Of a stretch of 64,000 nucleotides of DNA, positions 37,386 to 51,860 are shown piece after piece. The notes beneath the pieces are model-generated. The model made no database searches. It worked only from the letters and a program-made list of their open reading frames with translations, and had not been told where the DNA came from. The stretch lies in NCBI GenBank assembly GCA_024137785.1, contig JAHRHZ010000050.1, positions 13,269,124 through 13,333,123 of the forward strand, written 5' to 3'. Each line of letters begins with the position of its first letter. The first letter of the stretch is position 1. This stretch comes from Ginglymostoma cirratum (lineage: Eukaryota). Made by a program: the position numbers and the translations under genes.

Positions 37386-38569
37386 TAATGTCTCATGATC
37401 AGTATGTCTTTAAGGCACTTGCGCGTCACTGTATAATAGCAAGTGATCCAAGGTAAGATGGAGAATGAGGTCTTCATACCCTCAGGACAGGTGCAATCCT
37501 ACAGTGATGAGCACACCTCTTAAAGGCATACCAACATGCTGACTGGAGCGATAATACAACAGACAACACAAGAACACAATATAAATAGAAGCTCTCTAGT
37601 TGTTTCCATATCTGCCAACAAAATTACTTACAGATGCCATGCTCAGTGACACACTATTGCTGGGTCAGGATCCTGGTACTATGCGCACTATCACCTTCTT
37701 AATGGTGATTAGGGGTGGACAACCAATGCTGGCCGTGTTAGATTTATCAAATGAACAAAAAAGAAATTCATATATGGATGCATAGATATACTTAACAGCT
37801 TTTACCTTATCGGTACATGAGCAGATATACTTGGCTTGAGGCATATATAAGGTAGTGAGCCTTTGATGGGTGTTTGATCTAGTTAGGGGAGTTTTTTTTT
37901 GAAGCTTTATTTATGTTTCACTTTATTTATAATCTCTTGTACTCAGATTAATCACCTCCAAATAAATATTTCTAAATCCAATTCAAACCCAGCAAAAAAA
38001 AGGTCAGCAGTTTTATAGCAGCTAAAGTAAATTATGCTAAGCTGTTTCTATGCGGTTCCCTTGTTTGGCAAGGTATCATATAAGCAACTATGACAATAAT
38101 TAATTTAAAAATCTGTATTCTTATAAATTATAATCTTATAGGGGACGTTGAATTACTACTGATGCCCTTGATTAATACAAATTTTAAAGTTGTTTCTTTG
38201 TTCAACTAATAGATATCTTGTTTTCTTAAACTTGTTTTTATGTTACAATCAAATGGGATCAGTCCTTTTTACAGTTTTCTTGTGTTTGGTTCCTGCAGCT
38301 AAGTGTGTGCAAGGTCTAGGCATTGCTGCAAAAGTGAAGGTGTAGTTGAAACCTAATAGTAGCCGAGGGTTACAGTCACACAGAATGGATAATAATGTTT
38401 AATCCATGAATTATATTAATTGAATATTGTTTAATTTAGAAAATAACCAATCTCTTTGAGACAGTTATGCTTCAAATTATTTTTCCCCTTAAGAGAAAAC
38501 AAAATTTTAGAGTTAATCTCTTGATGCTAAGGGAATGCAGGAGAATTTGGACTTCAGTATACATGTAAA

Positions 38570-39180
38570 TGCACATACGTATATACAAGCGCAAGGAGGT
38601 TATTTTAAGCTTGTAGAAGACACCTGTTAGACCTCAGCTGGAGTATTGTGCACAGTTCTGGATGCCACATTATAGGGAGAATGTGACCCCATTGGAGTGA
38701 GTGCAGGATAGATTGACATATGTGTTTCCAGTGATGTGAAACTTCATTTATGAAGGTAGATTGAAGAGGTTGGGATTTTTCTCCTTGGAGAAGAAAAAGT
38801 GAAAAGGAGATCTGATAGAAGTTTTCAAAAGCAGGAGAGGTCTGGATTGAGTAGATAGAGAGAAACTATTACTGCTTATAAAAAGAATTGAGAATAAGAA
38901 GAAACAGATTTAGAGTGACGTGCAAACATAGCAAATGTAATGTGAGAAACAACATGTTCATGTAAGGAGTGATTCAGGCCTGGTATATGCCACCTGGAAG
39001 TTTAATAGAGGTAGGTTCAATTCAGCCATTCAAAAGACCAACAGATGATTATTTGAATAGAAACAAAATGCAAGGGTATGGGGAAAAGGCAGGAGAATGG
39101 CACTAAGTCATAATGCCCATTGGAGAAATAATACACTGTCTGGCCTCCTTATGCACCACGCCTATGTGATTATGTGAATT
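38570..39180 (+). mobile_element. CR1 LINE 3' fragment
   Basis: VRPQLEYCAQFWMPHYR...YEGRLKRLGFFSLEK...GDLIEVFK, then 3'UTR. Confidence 0.85.
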
Positions 39181-42109
39181 CTGATAATATGGTTTTATTC
39201 ATGTAACAAACTAATGTAATGGAATAAGAGAGGCCAATGTTGATGCTAATTGAATCTAATTGTCATATTTGAAAGAGCATGTTAGCTTCCTATAGAAGTT
39301 TACCATGAACAACACACCTGATTGAACATGAAATGATGTGAAATTGCTGGCTGTTGAGCACTGATGGCATTGACCTGTGTCTATATCAGGTTGCTGCTGT
39401 CAGCTTTACAATTGTATGGATGGGGAGAAGGAGACTTAAGATGATAAACATGATTTGCAGATTGGTGTCAATTACTAAATTTCTCAAAATTGTACTGACT
39501 GAAAATTTTTGTGTATTTGATATATGTGCAGGAAGAAAGAGAATTCAAACTGATGCTTAAAACAGGAAAGCAAGATTTCCTTAGTACCGTTTATATGTCA
39601 TTCACTAATCCTTTCCTCTATTCCTAGATTATGTCGTTTGAAATAGATTCACTTATAAATGTCAGCTTCGTGTTGCATGCCAGAAAATGTAGGAACAAAA
39701 AGACATTTTGTAATGTTTGTGTGGTACTTTATATGCAGGTTGACAGTGCCTGCAGCTTGACATGTTACTGTGTGCACAGCACTGATCCTCATACGTTAAC
39801 TTTGATTACTCTAGTCTTACAGCCTCAACACTCTGCTCTCACTGTTGACAACCACTGTTTGCTGTCATGTAACAGCCTTCTCACTCTCAGTCTTGTTTCT
39901 GGGAATAGTATACATTCGTCTGTTCCAGATATCAAGTCCAGGAATCCTGTAGCTGCTGGCAAAATATCAGTGTGTAATTCTTGAGGGCATGCGTCGCCTT
40001 TGCTGGAGGATTGAATACTCACAAAACCAGCCAAGAACATACTTGGACTATAAAGGAACTTACATCAAGTCAGATCACATATGCTATAGTACATCTACTG
40101 TACAGTACTAGGCGAAAAGCACCCATCCTTGTGATCAAAAGGTTACTGTCTTCTGCTCTTAGATTGACAATAATCCAAAATCCCTTTAGCCTCTTTTCTG
40201 TATATTAGCCATCATACTTGGCAAGATTGTCTTCCTTTCCTTTATCTTGCAATAAACCATTTGTCAGAACTTTAGTCCTTACACATTAATCCTATAATGT
40301 CTTTTGACATGCTCAATTTCTATTTTGATTCCTGAAACATTTAATTTCAGTTGTGTGCGAGCACATAGGCAAAAGTGCCTTGTCGCAGTGTACTAGCACT
40401 ATAGTTGGAAAAATGTTCTGTATATGAACACCAAAACATTGTGGATTCATAGAAAAGATCTGTGCAGGGCATGAATGAAGAGAAATTAGGGACAATACAG
40501 TAAGAGCAGGGATAGGAATGAAGGAAATCTGATACAGCAGTGCTTCAGCACATATGCACATATGCTAAACAGGAATGAGGAGAATCAGGAACTGAAGGAC
40601 AGGACTGAAATAAAATAGCAACAGTGGAATGAAAGAAATTAGAAATGATGAGGGAGAGCACGGTTTGATCGGGTGATGTCAGTACAAAGCTGAAAACGAC
40701 CGTAGCTGTAGCGAAATACAATTAAGACCAATGAAACGAAGGACACAAGGATTCCAAAGCTGAAATTCAGAGGGAATGATCACAATCTGGGAGAAAGGAG
40801 ACTGAAAGGGTAAAAGTGTAATAACGTGATGGGGGAAGGAGAGGGAAAGGAAAAAACGTAGCCTGTTATGAAGTGTTGATATCTTTTTGTAAGCAACCAC
40901 ACTATCGTGAAATTTAAGAAAGCATCAGGACTGAATTTTAAAAATAATATTCTGCAGATACAATTTGATAGTAATGAAATGACTTCATCAGGCTGATTTT
41001 TGTTTTATTTTTCAAACAGATTCCCAAGTTCCAATGCCATTTCTAACCACTCCCTTCACAGATGATAACATCAGTCACTGGTTAATGTTAGTGTTTTTTG
41101 TTGGCAAATTGAAGATGGCCTTGCTGTAGTGTCACCACATGTTGCCTGACCTCTTTGCAAAGCTGCATTCCACAACACATGCTGGTATTAATCAGTCCGA
41201 GAGATTTCCTGTCCCAGATGTGGTTAATTTCTTAACAGATTGTTACCTCACTGTTGTTTGTTGGATCTCAATTGGACATACCCGCCATGCTGACTTAGTT
41301 CTTTCCTGATCCCATTGCTCGGCAACGGCTGTCAATGTTTCTCCTCGTTACACATGCCAGAAGAGACTAAATCAATGATTTTGAACATAGTAATGGTCAT
41401 ATATGGTGTTGCCAAGAGTTTCCCTGACCTAGCTGGCAAAAGTACATAGGAAACTAGAAATGTCAACATGAGAGGCTTTGTTTTCTCCATTGCATATTGG
41501 AAGATTTCATTCATTTTTTTAAAATTAAGAGGCATTTTCTAGTTGCCAGCCATTTTGCTGCTTTTCTTGAGGAAAATTGTAATACCTGGACCTCCCTGTT
41601 TCCTACTGAATATTGTGCAGCAGCGAATGCAATCCTTCCTTCAATCTTCTAAAGAAACGGCTTGGCTAACCAGCTCCACAGGGTGGCTAATAGCTGTTGT
41701 CAGGCCAGGGGAAAATGGTTTGCTTTGAAACACCATCCTCTGTAGATGAAAGAACAAAATGAGCTGGTGATCAGAACCAGATATTAGAGGAGTGTCCAAT
41801 GTACCAAATGGAAGTTGTTAGTGGCTTGAAGTTTTCCTTTCACATGTGTGAATAATTGGACCCAGTCTGTGAGGAAAAACCTTATGAGTGTCAATATAAC
41901 ATTAGGGATGTAATCCACAAGTAAAGCTGTGTTTGTTGGATCTTGTGAGTTCTTCACACTCACAGGAAATAAATCAGGATTAGCTAACTGTCAGAAAAAA
42001 GTGAGGTTTTCCAAAATGTTTTTGGGTTAAAACCCTACTTCAGGAATAACACTCTCAGTCAAGGTTGAAACTTCAAGAAGTTTACAGCATTTTCAGAGAT
42101 ACTGATTTT

Positions 42110-42535
42110 TCAAATAGCTGTGTTAAATCAAGACCCAGTCTGCCTGTACAGATGGGTATGGAAGATCACTTAGCAATAAAAGAGCAGGAATTGGTCCATC
42201 TGAGACCAGTATTTATCCCCCCACCGACACCATTAACAGCAGGTGAGCTGAAACTTTATCTCATTATACTTTGTAGGATCTTAGTCTGTGAAAATTGGCT
42301 GGTCCAATTCCTTACATATCAACAGCCTCATGTCAATGTGAGCACGTTGTATTATGGGCATCCTAAGCACATGGAAGGTAAATGCCTTCTTTTTGCCATC
42401 CACCTATGAAAGCGATGCATTTTAAAAAAGAACAAAAGAAAGAATTTGCATCTATCTAGTGCCATTCACAACCCCAGAGCATCCAAAACTTTTGTTGCCA
42501 ATTAAGTATTTTTGAAGTGCAGTCATTTTATAATT
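42110..42535. mobile_element. Two DeuSINE-like fragments tail-to-tail (plus ~42110-42395; minus tail ~42430-42535)
   Basis: GATGGGTATGGAAGATC...CCAGTATTTATCCC...GTAGGATCTT...AAATTGGCT core, then reversed tail AAAGAATTTGCATCTATCTAGTGCC. Confidence 0.55.
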
Positions 42536-44879
42536 TTGTGATTGAGTTGAATGAATCTCAGCAGCATATGTGTATCTCCTGACATTCTTCCTTTGCCACT
42601 TCCAGAGACTGAGAGTTCAAGGGGGATTAGGGATCATGGTGGGTATCAAACTTGAATCCTGGTTTCAGCTGAAGTTAAAAGGCTTTCTGTTACCTTTCAT
42701 TTTTTTTAAACCACTAGTCTCCAGCAAGCACGGTAGCTGTAATTATTTCTCTCTCTTTCCCAGTCATCAAACAGGGGTCATTTATACCTTCTCACCAGTG
42801 GTCCAGATGAGATCTGGTGACAGCACAGAGAAATAATCAAAACAAACACCCTCGTGGACTATATGGATCATAGCATATAAAGCAGTGTGTTTCCTGTGAG
42901 ACCACTAGGGAAATCTCTTCCACCCCACCCTCAAAGTAATTTAACACTTTGATCGTTAAATGTGTACATTTCCAACAACAATTTTCCAACAGCCAAAAGA
43001 AATGAGAAAATGAAAATTGAGATAGAAACATTGGGCTTAAAACATTAATGGTTAGCTGTTGTAGTTAGATAGATATCCTGTAGTTATGTTCAATTTCCTG
43101 AGGAGCAAATCAAATTAATAGAACCTCCTTTGCAAAGTAAATAGGTGAAGCAGGCATGTCAGGAACAGACTTGGAGTGGCAAATGACCAATCTCTTCCCA
43201 TACTCTTGGAATGATTGTAAGATCTGCTTTGAATTGGCCTTGAGGTAACCCCAGAACTAGTTAAGACAGGTTGGGTGTTACCAACTTGACCTCAATTTAT
43301 TCTAAACACCCAAAGGGGCTTTAAATCCTGGAGATTGAGAAGCACACAGGCAGGCAGAAGCTATAAACTGCAAAGTACTACTGTGAAGGTAAATTTAGTA
43401 CCCATAGGAAGTGCTAAAACTGAATCAGAGACCTCCTTTTTTTCATTGACTAACAGAAGAAATGCCAAGTTTAACATTGTTTGATGTATTCGCTTTCTAT
43501 GACTACAGAGCTCATTTACATTTATCAGGCTGTTCTGATTCAGATTGTTCTTGGACAAGGTCTTAGTTTACAAGCTAGTAATCTGCCAGCTCAACTCCTT
43601 TTTAATGATGACCTGTAGACGGTGAACAATTTCCAGCTGATATCTCTTTATGTTCTATCATTCTCCTGTAAATTATGGTTTGAGTGTTGCAGTTAGAGCT
43701 TAGTTGCTCCCTTGATACTATGTGTAGGTATCTGTTTCCCTCAGCTAACACTATGATCATTGTCAGCACACAGTTCATGAGAGCTGCTGTATGCTTGAAA
43801 TAAAAAGAACCTCTTGACAGTTTAGTTTTCTGGGACAGCTCGTTATTAATTTCTGCATCTTTGAAGAAGCTTGCCATTTTGATACCTATGTTACTGCCTG
43901 AAAACCATTTTTTTGTCCCTCAGGAAATCTGATTTCCAATGTATTTGAGGCCTAACTTTTCCTTTCTGGTGTTGCACATAAAAGCTTTGTGTAAGTCTTG
44001 TCTTTATTACAAATTGTATTGTCAGTAAAATTTCTGTTATTTTTTTATGTAATATTCATTTCAAATATGAACTGTCCCTATCAGTCCATGTGTAGACATC
44101 GCGCTCACAAATGTGAATCCTCTCTGAATTTTGTGTTGTACAATGATGGATTCGACTGTTGGTGATTACTGGTGTGACATTGAGGCTGGAGAATTCAAAT
44201 CAGTACATAAGAGGAGTCATTTCATGAAATTGCATTCCTCAGTGGAACTTCACCCCCTGAGGTGCATAACAGGAATCTACATGTATACTCTTCCACCAGC
44301 ACTCTCCCCCTCATCAGCTTGTCACAATATTTAAGTCTGGTACATATTTAAGAATATTGACCTGTGTATGGTTTTTCCTCTGGTAATCTGATATGCCAAA
44401 TAAACCTCCCAAATGCAGGCTTGGGTCTGATAGCCTGTCAGCTTGCAATATGTTTCTCTACATTCAAGCCGACAATATTTTTGTAAAGATCAGAACACAG
44501 GAAACAGTATGAACTCAGAATATTCTGAAACGTGGAATGAAAAAAAAAAAACTTGATAGATATCCAGTGTAACGAGTGGTCATTGGAAAAAAAAAGCCTG
44601 AATAAAGTTAGCAATTGTGCCAATTAAAACATACTGAAGAAGCTTCTAAATATGTTCATAATTATACTGCCAGATGCATAAATAATGTAAACCATGAGAG
44701 AATGCTTGCAATAACATTTATGAATCTTATTTATGACAATCTTGAAAAAAAGTTAGGTTGCGCAAGGCAATGCATACAGAAGGAATGTTAAAATTGATTT
44801 GTTTCTAGTTCATACAACCGATGTTGTAGGTCATTCTGATTTGAAAATTCAAGACCCATATAAGTACTCCGCAGGAGAT

Positions 44880-45170
44880 AACTGGACAAGGGCGGGGAAG
44901 GAAGCAACTGGGAGGATTAGGAAGAGGTGAGGGAGGGAGAGAAGAGGAAGGGAAGGATTGTGTGAGGAGAAAGAATAGTAAAGGTGAGGAAAGATTGGAG
45001 CTAATGAGATGTGGCAGGAGGATAATGAGATGAACAAAGATGACAGAGGATGGAGGAGAGAAATTGGGCATGGGAGAGAGGGAGCAAAAAGGAGAGGGTT
45101 ATGGAAGATGTGGCAGTGGGAAAGACGGATGACAAGTTAGGAGGGACAGTGCTGAATTATGGGTAGCAGA
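44880..45170. repeat. Purine-rich (GA) low-complexity tract
   Basis: Strong G/A strand bias with no defined period; a similar tract lies at ~40460-40860. Confidence 0.6.
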
Positions 45171-47169
45171 GAAATAGGGTGTGGGTTTGTGTACTATTGT
45201 ACCACAGGGGGTGGAAAAAGTGTTGGAACTGAGTTAGTGGTTTCGGGGGCACGGTGACTGAAGAATGGACCACAGGACCTTGAAAGATAGAAGGTGGAGG
45301 GTGAATGAAAGAGAGGTGAAGAATGGTACAGGCAACCTCGTGATCCATGAAGAATGGACATTCAGGCAGCTGGAGTTTAAACTGTAAGCTAGCAGTGAAA
45401 AGGCAAATCCATTCCTGAACTGGGATGTTCATGTGTTGGATCCAGTCAGGACTAGTGATGAGCCCAATATGGTCCAGAGGCCTCTCATCAAAAAAGACAG
45501 GAGCAATTAATATTCAAATATCTAATAAAAATTGGATGGGTATGGTTAAGAGGAAGTGAAAAACTTTATTCAGCAGAGAGGATTGTACAATATTGAGGTG
45601 GGAGTTAGGATGTGCAGCTTGATCAGATAAAAGTTACCAGTGGGGTCAGAGGTGTTCCTGGGACCAGTAAAATAAAAGTGGTTTAGTTTTGTACGATAGA
45701 TCCATTTACTTTCACTTAAGCAGTGGTGAAGATTTATTAATCGCAATTTATTCAACGTTCATTTCAGAACATTAGATTTTTTTAAAACAGTAATTAATTC
45801 TAGCAGTGATACACTGTGGTTAAAGCCAAATAATCCCTGTAATGGTGTTTAGCACCTTCATAGAGCATTTGTGCTCTTTCTACAACATTGCTTTCTTCAT
45901 CATACAAGAACCAGCAATGAATGTAGATATTTCAACGTTGCAAAGGCCTATCATACCGCCACCTACAGGTATAACTGGTATTGCACCCAAACCTTGACAC
46001 TAAAACATGCCAGAAATGAAGGTGCTTTCATAAAAAGCCTGACTTCAGAACGTTCAATGCATATATTTGTTAGTTTTTGCAGAAAGGTGCTTGTAATAAA
46101 TAGCAAATGCAATACTGTGAGCCACAATATTGTTTTCAATGTGGTCTGTGAGATGGAAATTGAATTTGAATGTGATTGTGCAGTCAGAAAATATTGTTTT
46201 GGAATTATTCTTTATTTTGCTTACTCATATATACAGAAAGGTTCAGTATATTAATCCAAGCAGCACTACCTGATTTATCTGGGAGTTGTGCTTAGTTCTT
46301 TCAGAATGTGGCCATAGTTGAGTGATCCTTGCACATTTTATAGATGGACTTAGAATGTGTCAATAAAGTGGCTTAATGAAACATCAAATTAACAGCTTTA
46401 ATAGCATGTAATTATTGGGGTAATTTGAGACAGTGTTCTGCTTGTCAACTTGAAACGATGCATCCTATTGAAATGATGTTGTCCCCTTCTCTTTGAGGAT
46501 GCTGCAGATCATCAGTAATAGCTAATGTCTTGTTTGGTATTTCTCTCCATTTAGCATTTCTTATGTAAGCTGTTTTTGAAAAAAAAATCTTTGTTTCTGT
46601 CATCACTATTTATCTGTTGTTGTTATCCGCAGTTTATATCTCAGTACAGTCAGTGTCTGCAAATGGGCCATTGCAATACCTGTCATTAAGCTGGCCAGAA
46701 GCGTTTTAAAATCTGCTACTTGGTTTTCCTTCCTTTTTGTTTAAGCTATCTGCTTTCAGAAGAGATTTTAATGACGTGTGCTACAAGTTGATGCTTTTGA
46801 AGAGTCAGTTACTACTTGTAAATTTCTCATGAATTTAACAAATTTTAACAATTAGAAAAGTTATTCAGCCCAACAACCTTGTTCCGTTTTAAATTCTGAC
46901 AACTAAAAGCTGAATCCTGACTAAAGCTGAAGAATAAGACTAAATTCTGTTCATATGCTTAGAGATTTGAGGCAGTGTTTTGCTTAAGATGTTTCTGATT
47001 GTGCTACTGATAGTGGCTCCTATTCAAATGGGTTGTCTTCATATGGTGCACGTTTGCAAATGACTGAAGAGGCCAATTCTTGAGAGGCAGGTCCTGCCAC
47101 AAGTGCTGCATGTGAAACCAGTGGGTGTTGTGAGTTGTTGTTTACAGCATTGGTGTCTGTTGCCAAACT

Positions 47170-47560
47170 GTAACCACTGGCCATCATGATGATGCATACC
47201 AGCCCACAGGAGGTGTCACCATTTTCCTTTGTGGCTAGCTAGTGACTTCCAGATGTGATAATTGATGTCTAAGGCCCTCACATTGTGCTTGCAAGCATCC
47301 TTAAAGTGGAACTTCAGGCGTCTTGCGAGTTGTTTTGTACCGACCAGCACCCCAGGCAGAAGATCCTTGGTAATGTGACAGCCTATCATCATGCAGAAGT
47401 GTCAGAGCACCCACAACCTCCTCTGTTTGATGTGTGTTAACAGTGCTGAGAGCTCTGCCTTTGAGAGAATTGCTGTATCTGTGACTTTTTCCAGGATATA
47501 TGCAGAATGCTTTGCAGACTTTGAAGATGAAGATCGTTGAGATTTTCTCAGCAGCTTGTT
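47170..47560 (-). mobile_element. RTE-clade LINE C-terminal fragment
   Basis: Reverse strand gives decayed LN.LHL.SL..IL.IS(W)..VT...LSKAEL...IKQRRLW...ITKDLL...RRLKFHFKDACK, matching the RTE C-terminal motif order. Confidence 0.7.
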
Positions 47561-47989
47561 GTATTGTTGTAAAGTGAGAACAACTTACTTGCTGATAGCA
47601 AGCTTGAGAGAACTGTGCATCGGCGCACCGAACCCAGCAAATTTATTCTAATAGTCTCTGCATCAGCTTTAAGCTTTCATGGTGATAGGCCAGTTATTGT
47701 TAAGTTGTGAATTGCTTTGTGCAGTCTGACTATGCTTGAAACTTTATTTTCATGCTGATTTTTATTCTGTCCTTAACCTTCTTTTCAAGTTGTTCCCCTT
47801 CCCTTCCTAAGTGCTGAAGACTGTTCCACAGGCAACAGTAGCCTTCTTGTATCTCACGCAAGGAGACTATTGTTCACATATAAACCTTGGCTGTGAATAC
47901 CAATAAGATATTCAAACATAGGGAAAGAGTGCAGCATTATTGATCCTGTTCACATGCTGTATCTGCAGGTACAAACTCTCTGAATGGAT

Positions 47990-48300
47990 CAGTAGATAAA
48001 GACAAAACATGATCTGGAGTCTCTGGTTTGATCCTGAACCTGTAGCAAATTACCTGATCTAGCTGGACCAGCAGAGTGAAAGCTGCAATTGGCTTCTTTG
48101 TCCCAAAGTGAGGAAAAGAAAAATCAACCCATATCTTTCCTTATCATCATGATCACAGATTTGAGCCACAAACTCTTATGTAGGGATGCTGAGTGAGAAG
48201 AGGCTTAGGATCGGCTATGAGTTCCTTCATGGTCAGACATACTGGCCTATTTATGAGGAGGTAGACAGGGTTTGCAGTTGCGTGGGGAAAATCTGGCATA
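47990..48300 (+). mobile_element. Probable old tRNA-derived SINE, family unidentified
   Basis: B-box-like GGTTTGATCC at ~48025 followed by SINE-like body; highly diverged. Confidence 0.35.
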
Positions 48301-48304
48301 AGAC

Positions 48305-48945
48305 CGTAAGAAATAAGAACAGGAGGAGGCCGCTCAGCTGCCCTTGAGCCTGCTTCACAATTCAATAGATTCACGGTTGAACCAACACTCCTCACACCCT
48401 CTTTCCTGCATTTTCCGTGTAACCCTTGATTCCCTACTGACCAAGAATCTTTCTAATTGACCTTAAATATACACAAGAACTCTACCCTCACAGCCCTCTG
48501 TGAGAAGAAATTCCTCCTCATCTCAGTCTTAAATTGGTGTCCCTTTATTCTGTGACTGCACTCTCTGGTTCTAAGCTGTCTCATGAGGGGAAACACCTTC
48601 TCCTCATTTACCCTGTCAAGGCGCTTAATATTTCACAGTGTCAATGAGATTTGTCTCGTTCTTCTAAACTCCAGTGAGTAGAGACCCAACCTGTTTAGTC
48701 TTTGCACAGAAGACAATCTCTACATACCAGGGAAAATCCTCGTGAACCTTCCTTGGACTGCCACCAATGAAATGATATATTTTCTTTACGGGACCAAAAC
48801 TGCTCCCAGTACTCCAGATATGGTCTTTACAGCATCTAGTACAGTTACAGTATGACTTCCCTACTCTTATACTCCAATGCCCCTCCCTCATTGAAATAAG
48901 GATCAACGTTCTATTACCTTTCCAGATTGCCTGCTGTACCTGTGT
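48305..48945 (-). mobile_element. CR1 LINE 3' fragment
   Basis: Reversed tail TAAGAAATAAGAACAGGAGGAGGCC and frameshifted ORF2 C-terminus (GVRRTR.NLIDT, FKTEMRRNFFSQR). Confidence 0.85.
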
Positions 48946-50784
48946 CTAGAGGTATGGAAGGAATGGTTCTGGACAAGTAGGAGGGCCGATGGAGTGAGAA
49001 ATTGGGGCTTGGAAGTGGAGGATAGAGCAAGAGTTCAGGATTTGGATGGTAGGTTTGAAGTCTGATGATCATGACAGGGAGTAGGCAGGCTGTAATGAGC
49101 AGAGAAGAAGCTGAATGATTCCTTGAGAGTCCTGGGTGAGGTCCTCTTGTATTCCTCTAGGAGTGCTATGTAGGTTATTTAGATTGTCGAATTGGTAACT
49201 CCCACCTCCTTTTTGCTTTTGGGCTTCCCAAGCACTGGGAAACTCATAGAGTAACTCCTGATGTTAAATCAGGCTCCTCTTTGGACTGTGGGAGTTAGAT
49301 AAAAATATGTCAAAGCAGTAGCTATTCTCTCCACAGCTAGGCACTTGCATAGCATGAAAACTACTGCAAGTTTGTCTCTCCATCCCAGTAGAGATGTATT
49401 TCTCACTTTTAACGCCTTTGATCCTCTTCCACCTTCTCTGAGGATTAATATGAAGGTGACAGTTTACCCCAAGGACTGAGGTTTCCTGTGAGCAAGTTGG
49501 TGTTTGCACTGAAGGAGAAAGCAGAAATTGAAGGGAAGAAATTAAGTACAGCTGGTTAATATCCCTGTCTATATGTTGTGTACTGCTAATAAACAAATGT
49601 TATAAATACAGTTTCCAATGAAGAAATGCCTGCTCAGCACAGACCAATGGAACAGCGGTTAATGTGTTGTTTGTGAGATGTACTTCTTTAGTGCTTGACA
49701 TCTGAAATGATCACGTATAAATCTCTTTTCTTGCCATGAGTTTAGAGAGCTCACCTGTTGTTGGTCAGCCCCTTGGCACAGTGGAAATGAGGCATAATGA
49801 TCATGTTTAGAGTGCAGAATTTTGCAGTTCAGTAACTTTATTGGTGGTTAGACATGTCACAATACGTTTGATGTCATTACATGCTCATGAACCATAATCT
49901 CACCATCTGCTAATTGTATTTCATTAGTGCAGTGAGAGGAGCAGAGTGTGATGACCTGTTTTACTGTAATTCAGAGCAGGAGTGCTGTGGAGGATGTCAG
50001 AATATTTTGGGGTAGATTTTATGATTCAGTGCTCCCAATGCAGAATTTCACATATCAAGAGCGCAGAAGGAACTTCTCATCATGGAGATGAGTGCATTTG
50101 ATTTGTGGTTCCTCCTGGGTGAAAAATTTTGTACGCAGATCCATAGCCATTTGTTCTTCCATTGTCTGAAGGCCATAAACATTAAATTTGCCATGTGCCA
50201 AGTATTTCCTTTCAATGCTTCTAGCTAAGCTATAAAAGAAGGTTAACGAAGCATTGCCTGATGCTCATTCCTTTATTGCTTTGCTTGTCTGGCATACATT
50301 TATGTGCCTCTGTTTCTGGTATTCTCCCTCGTTTAACTATGTCCCAAAAACTGGGATTGGAACGATGAAAATAAAAGGGGGGAGGTGTCTCTGTAGCCCA
50401 TGTTGCACAGATCTGTCAGGAGATCGGCGAGACTCCTTGCTGCTCTGTTAAGAGTGATTGACTGATGTGAAGACCCTGATACCCATCTTCTGGGTCATTT
50501 TTTAAGTTTTTTAAGTAGTTGCCTCATTATTTGGATTTATTTTAGGTTACACAGTTTGGTTCAGTGAGCTCAATGATCTATTTTTAACTTTGAACGAACC
50601 CCATTTGGAAGAGTCAGGATAGAACAACTATGATAAGATGAAGGATGAAAAGCAATGACGACAGAACTTAAAGGACCATTTCTCCCCTTATGGGATCTGA
50701 AATTATACATCAGCTCCAAAACAAAAGCAATACAACAAGTTGGAAAATAAGACTAACATGATGCATTTAAATGTGGGAGCATAC

Positions 50785-51500
50785 AAATTATGAGCAGAGT
50801 AGAGCATTCGGCCTATTAAACATGCAATGCCATTCACCAAGATCATGGTAATCTGATTACCCAAATTTCCACCTCCTCCTGACACCCTTTCACTCCTTTA
50901 CTTATCTCTCTACCTCTGCTTTCAAAGTATTCAAAGATTCAGCATCTACCTTCCGAGGAAGAGAGTTCACGAACCTCTGAGAAAAGAATTTTCTTCACTT
51001 CTGTCTTAAAAGTCTTACCTGTTAGTTTTAAACAGTGACCAATAGTTCCAGATTCAAGAAGAGTGAAGATCCTATCCACATTCAACCTGGAAAGTCCTCT
51101 TAGGATCTTAGATGTTTTAAAAAAGTTATTTCTTACTCTTCTAAACTCCAGTAGATACAAGCCCAAACTCTCCAACCATTCCTCATGAGACAACTCACCC
51201 ATTAGTCTAGTAAACATCTCTGAACCACTTCCAATGCAGTTATATCCTTCCTTAAAAAATTAGATCAATACTGGACTCAGTACTTCAGATGTGTCTCACC
51301 AATGCCTCTACAATTGAAATATAACCTCTTCTATATGCAATTGTCTTCACAATATTTAATAGCCTTCTTTTAGCTTTCCTAATTATTTACTGTACCTGCA
51401 TATTGACCTTTTACACTTCACAAATTAGGACACCCAGATCCCTCTGCATCTTAGAATCTGGATCCCTCTGCATCCACCCTACAGACTCTGCTCTCACCCT
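50785..51500 (-). mobile_element. CR1 LINE 3' fragment
   Basis: Minus ORF 50939-51217: LSHEEWLESLGLYLLEFRRVR...FKTEVKKILFSE; upstream ...RDLGVLI. Confidence 0.85.
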
Positions 51501-51860
51501 GACAAGCTGAAAGAACTCAAGCCTGTTGGCAAATTACAAAGGCAAAGGCTTATGCACTCCTGCACCTTGGGTCCCCCATCAACCTCAACTGCAGCCACAC
51601 TCCCCTGTCCTGAACTACTAATCTAAACCCAACCCTAAGATGTGAAACCACCTCCTACTGCAAAATACCAACCTATTTTTCCCCTTTTCTGAGGAGTCAG
51701 TGTCTGCAGCTTAGTCTCCAGATCACTGATTCTATGTCAAAGTTCTAGGAGTTGTAAGCACTTACAGCAGACATTTTTGCCCTGGATCACCCTGGCATCC
51801 TGAGGTTACTAGATGCAACAGTCATGACACAACATCTGTCCTACCATCCTTAGTGTGTTT
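51500..51860 (-). mobile_element. CR1 ORF1 N-terminal (Cys-rich) remnant
   Basis: Reverse complement of ~51755-51840 gives MLCHDCCI*...QGKNVCCKC, resembling the CR1 ORF1 zinc-finger start. Confidence 0.5.

Noticed and set aside
39601-39984. Strong-looking acceptor (CTAAT branch, pyrimidine tract, TAG at 39627) followed by a 117-aa ORF
   Set aside because: The peptide has random intergenic composition and no convincing donor; unsupported without RNA data
44805-45432. Pro/Ser/Leu-rich minus-strand ORFs
   Set aside because: By-product of GA-rich low-complexity sequence
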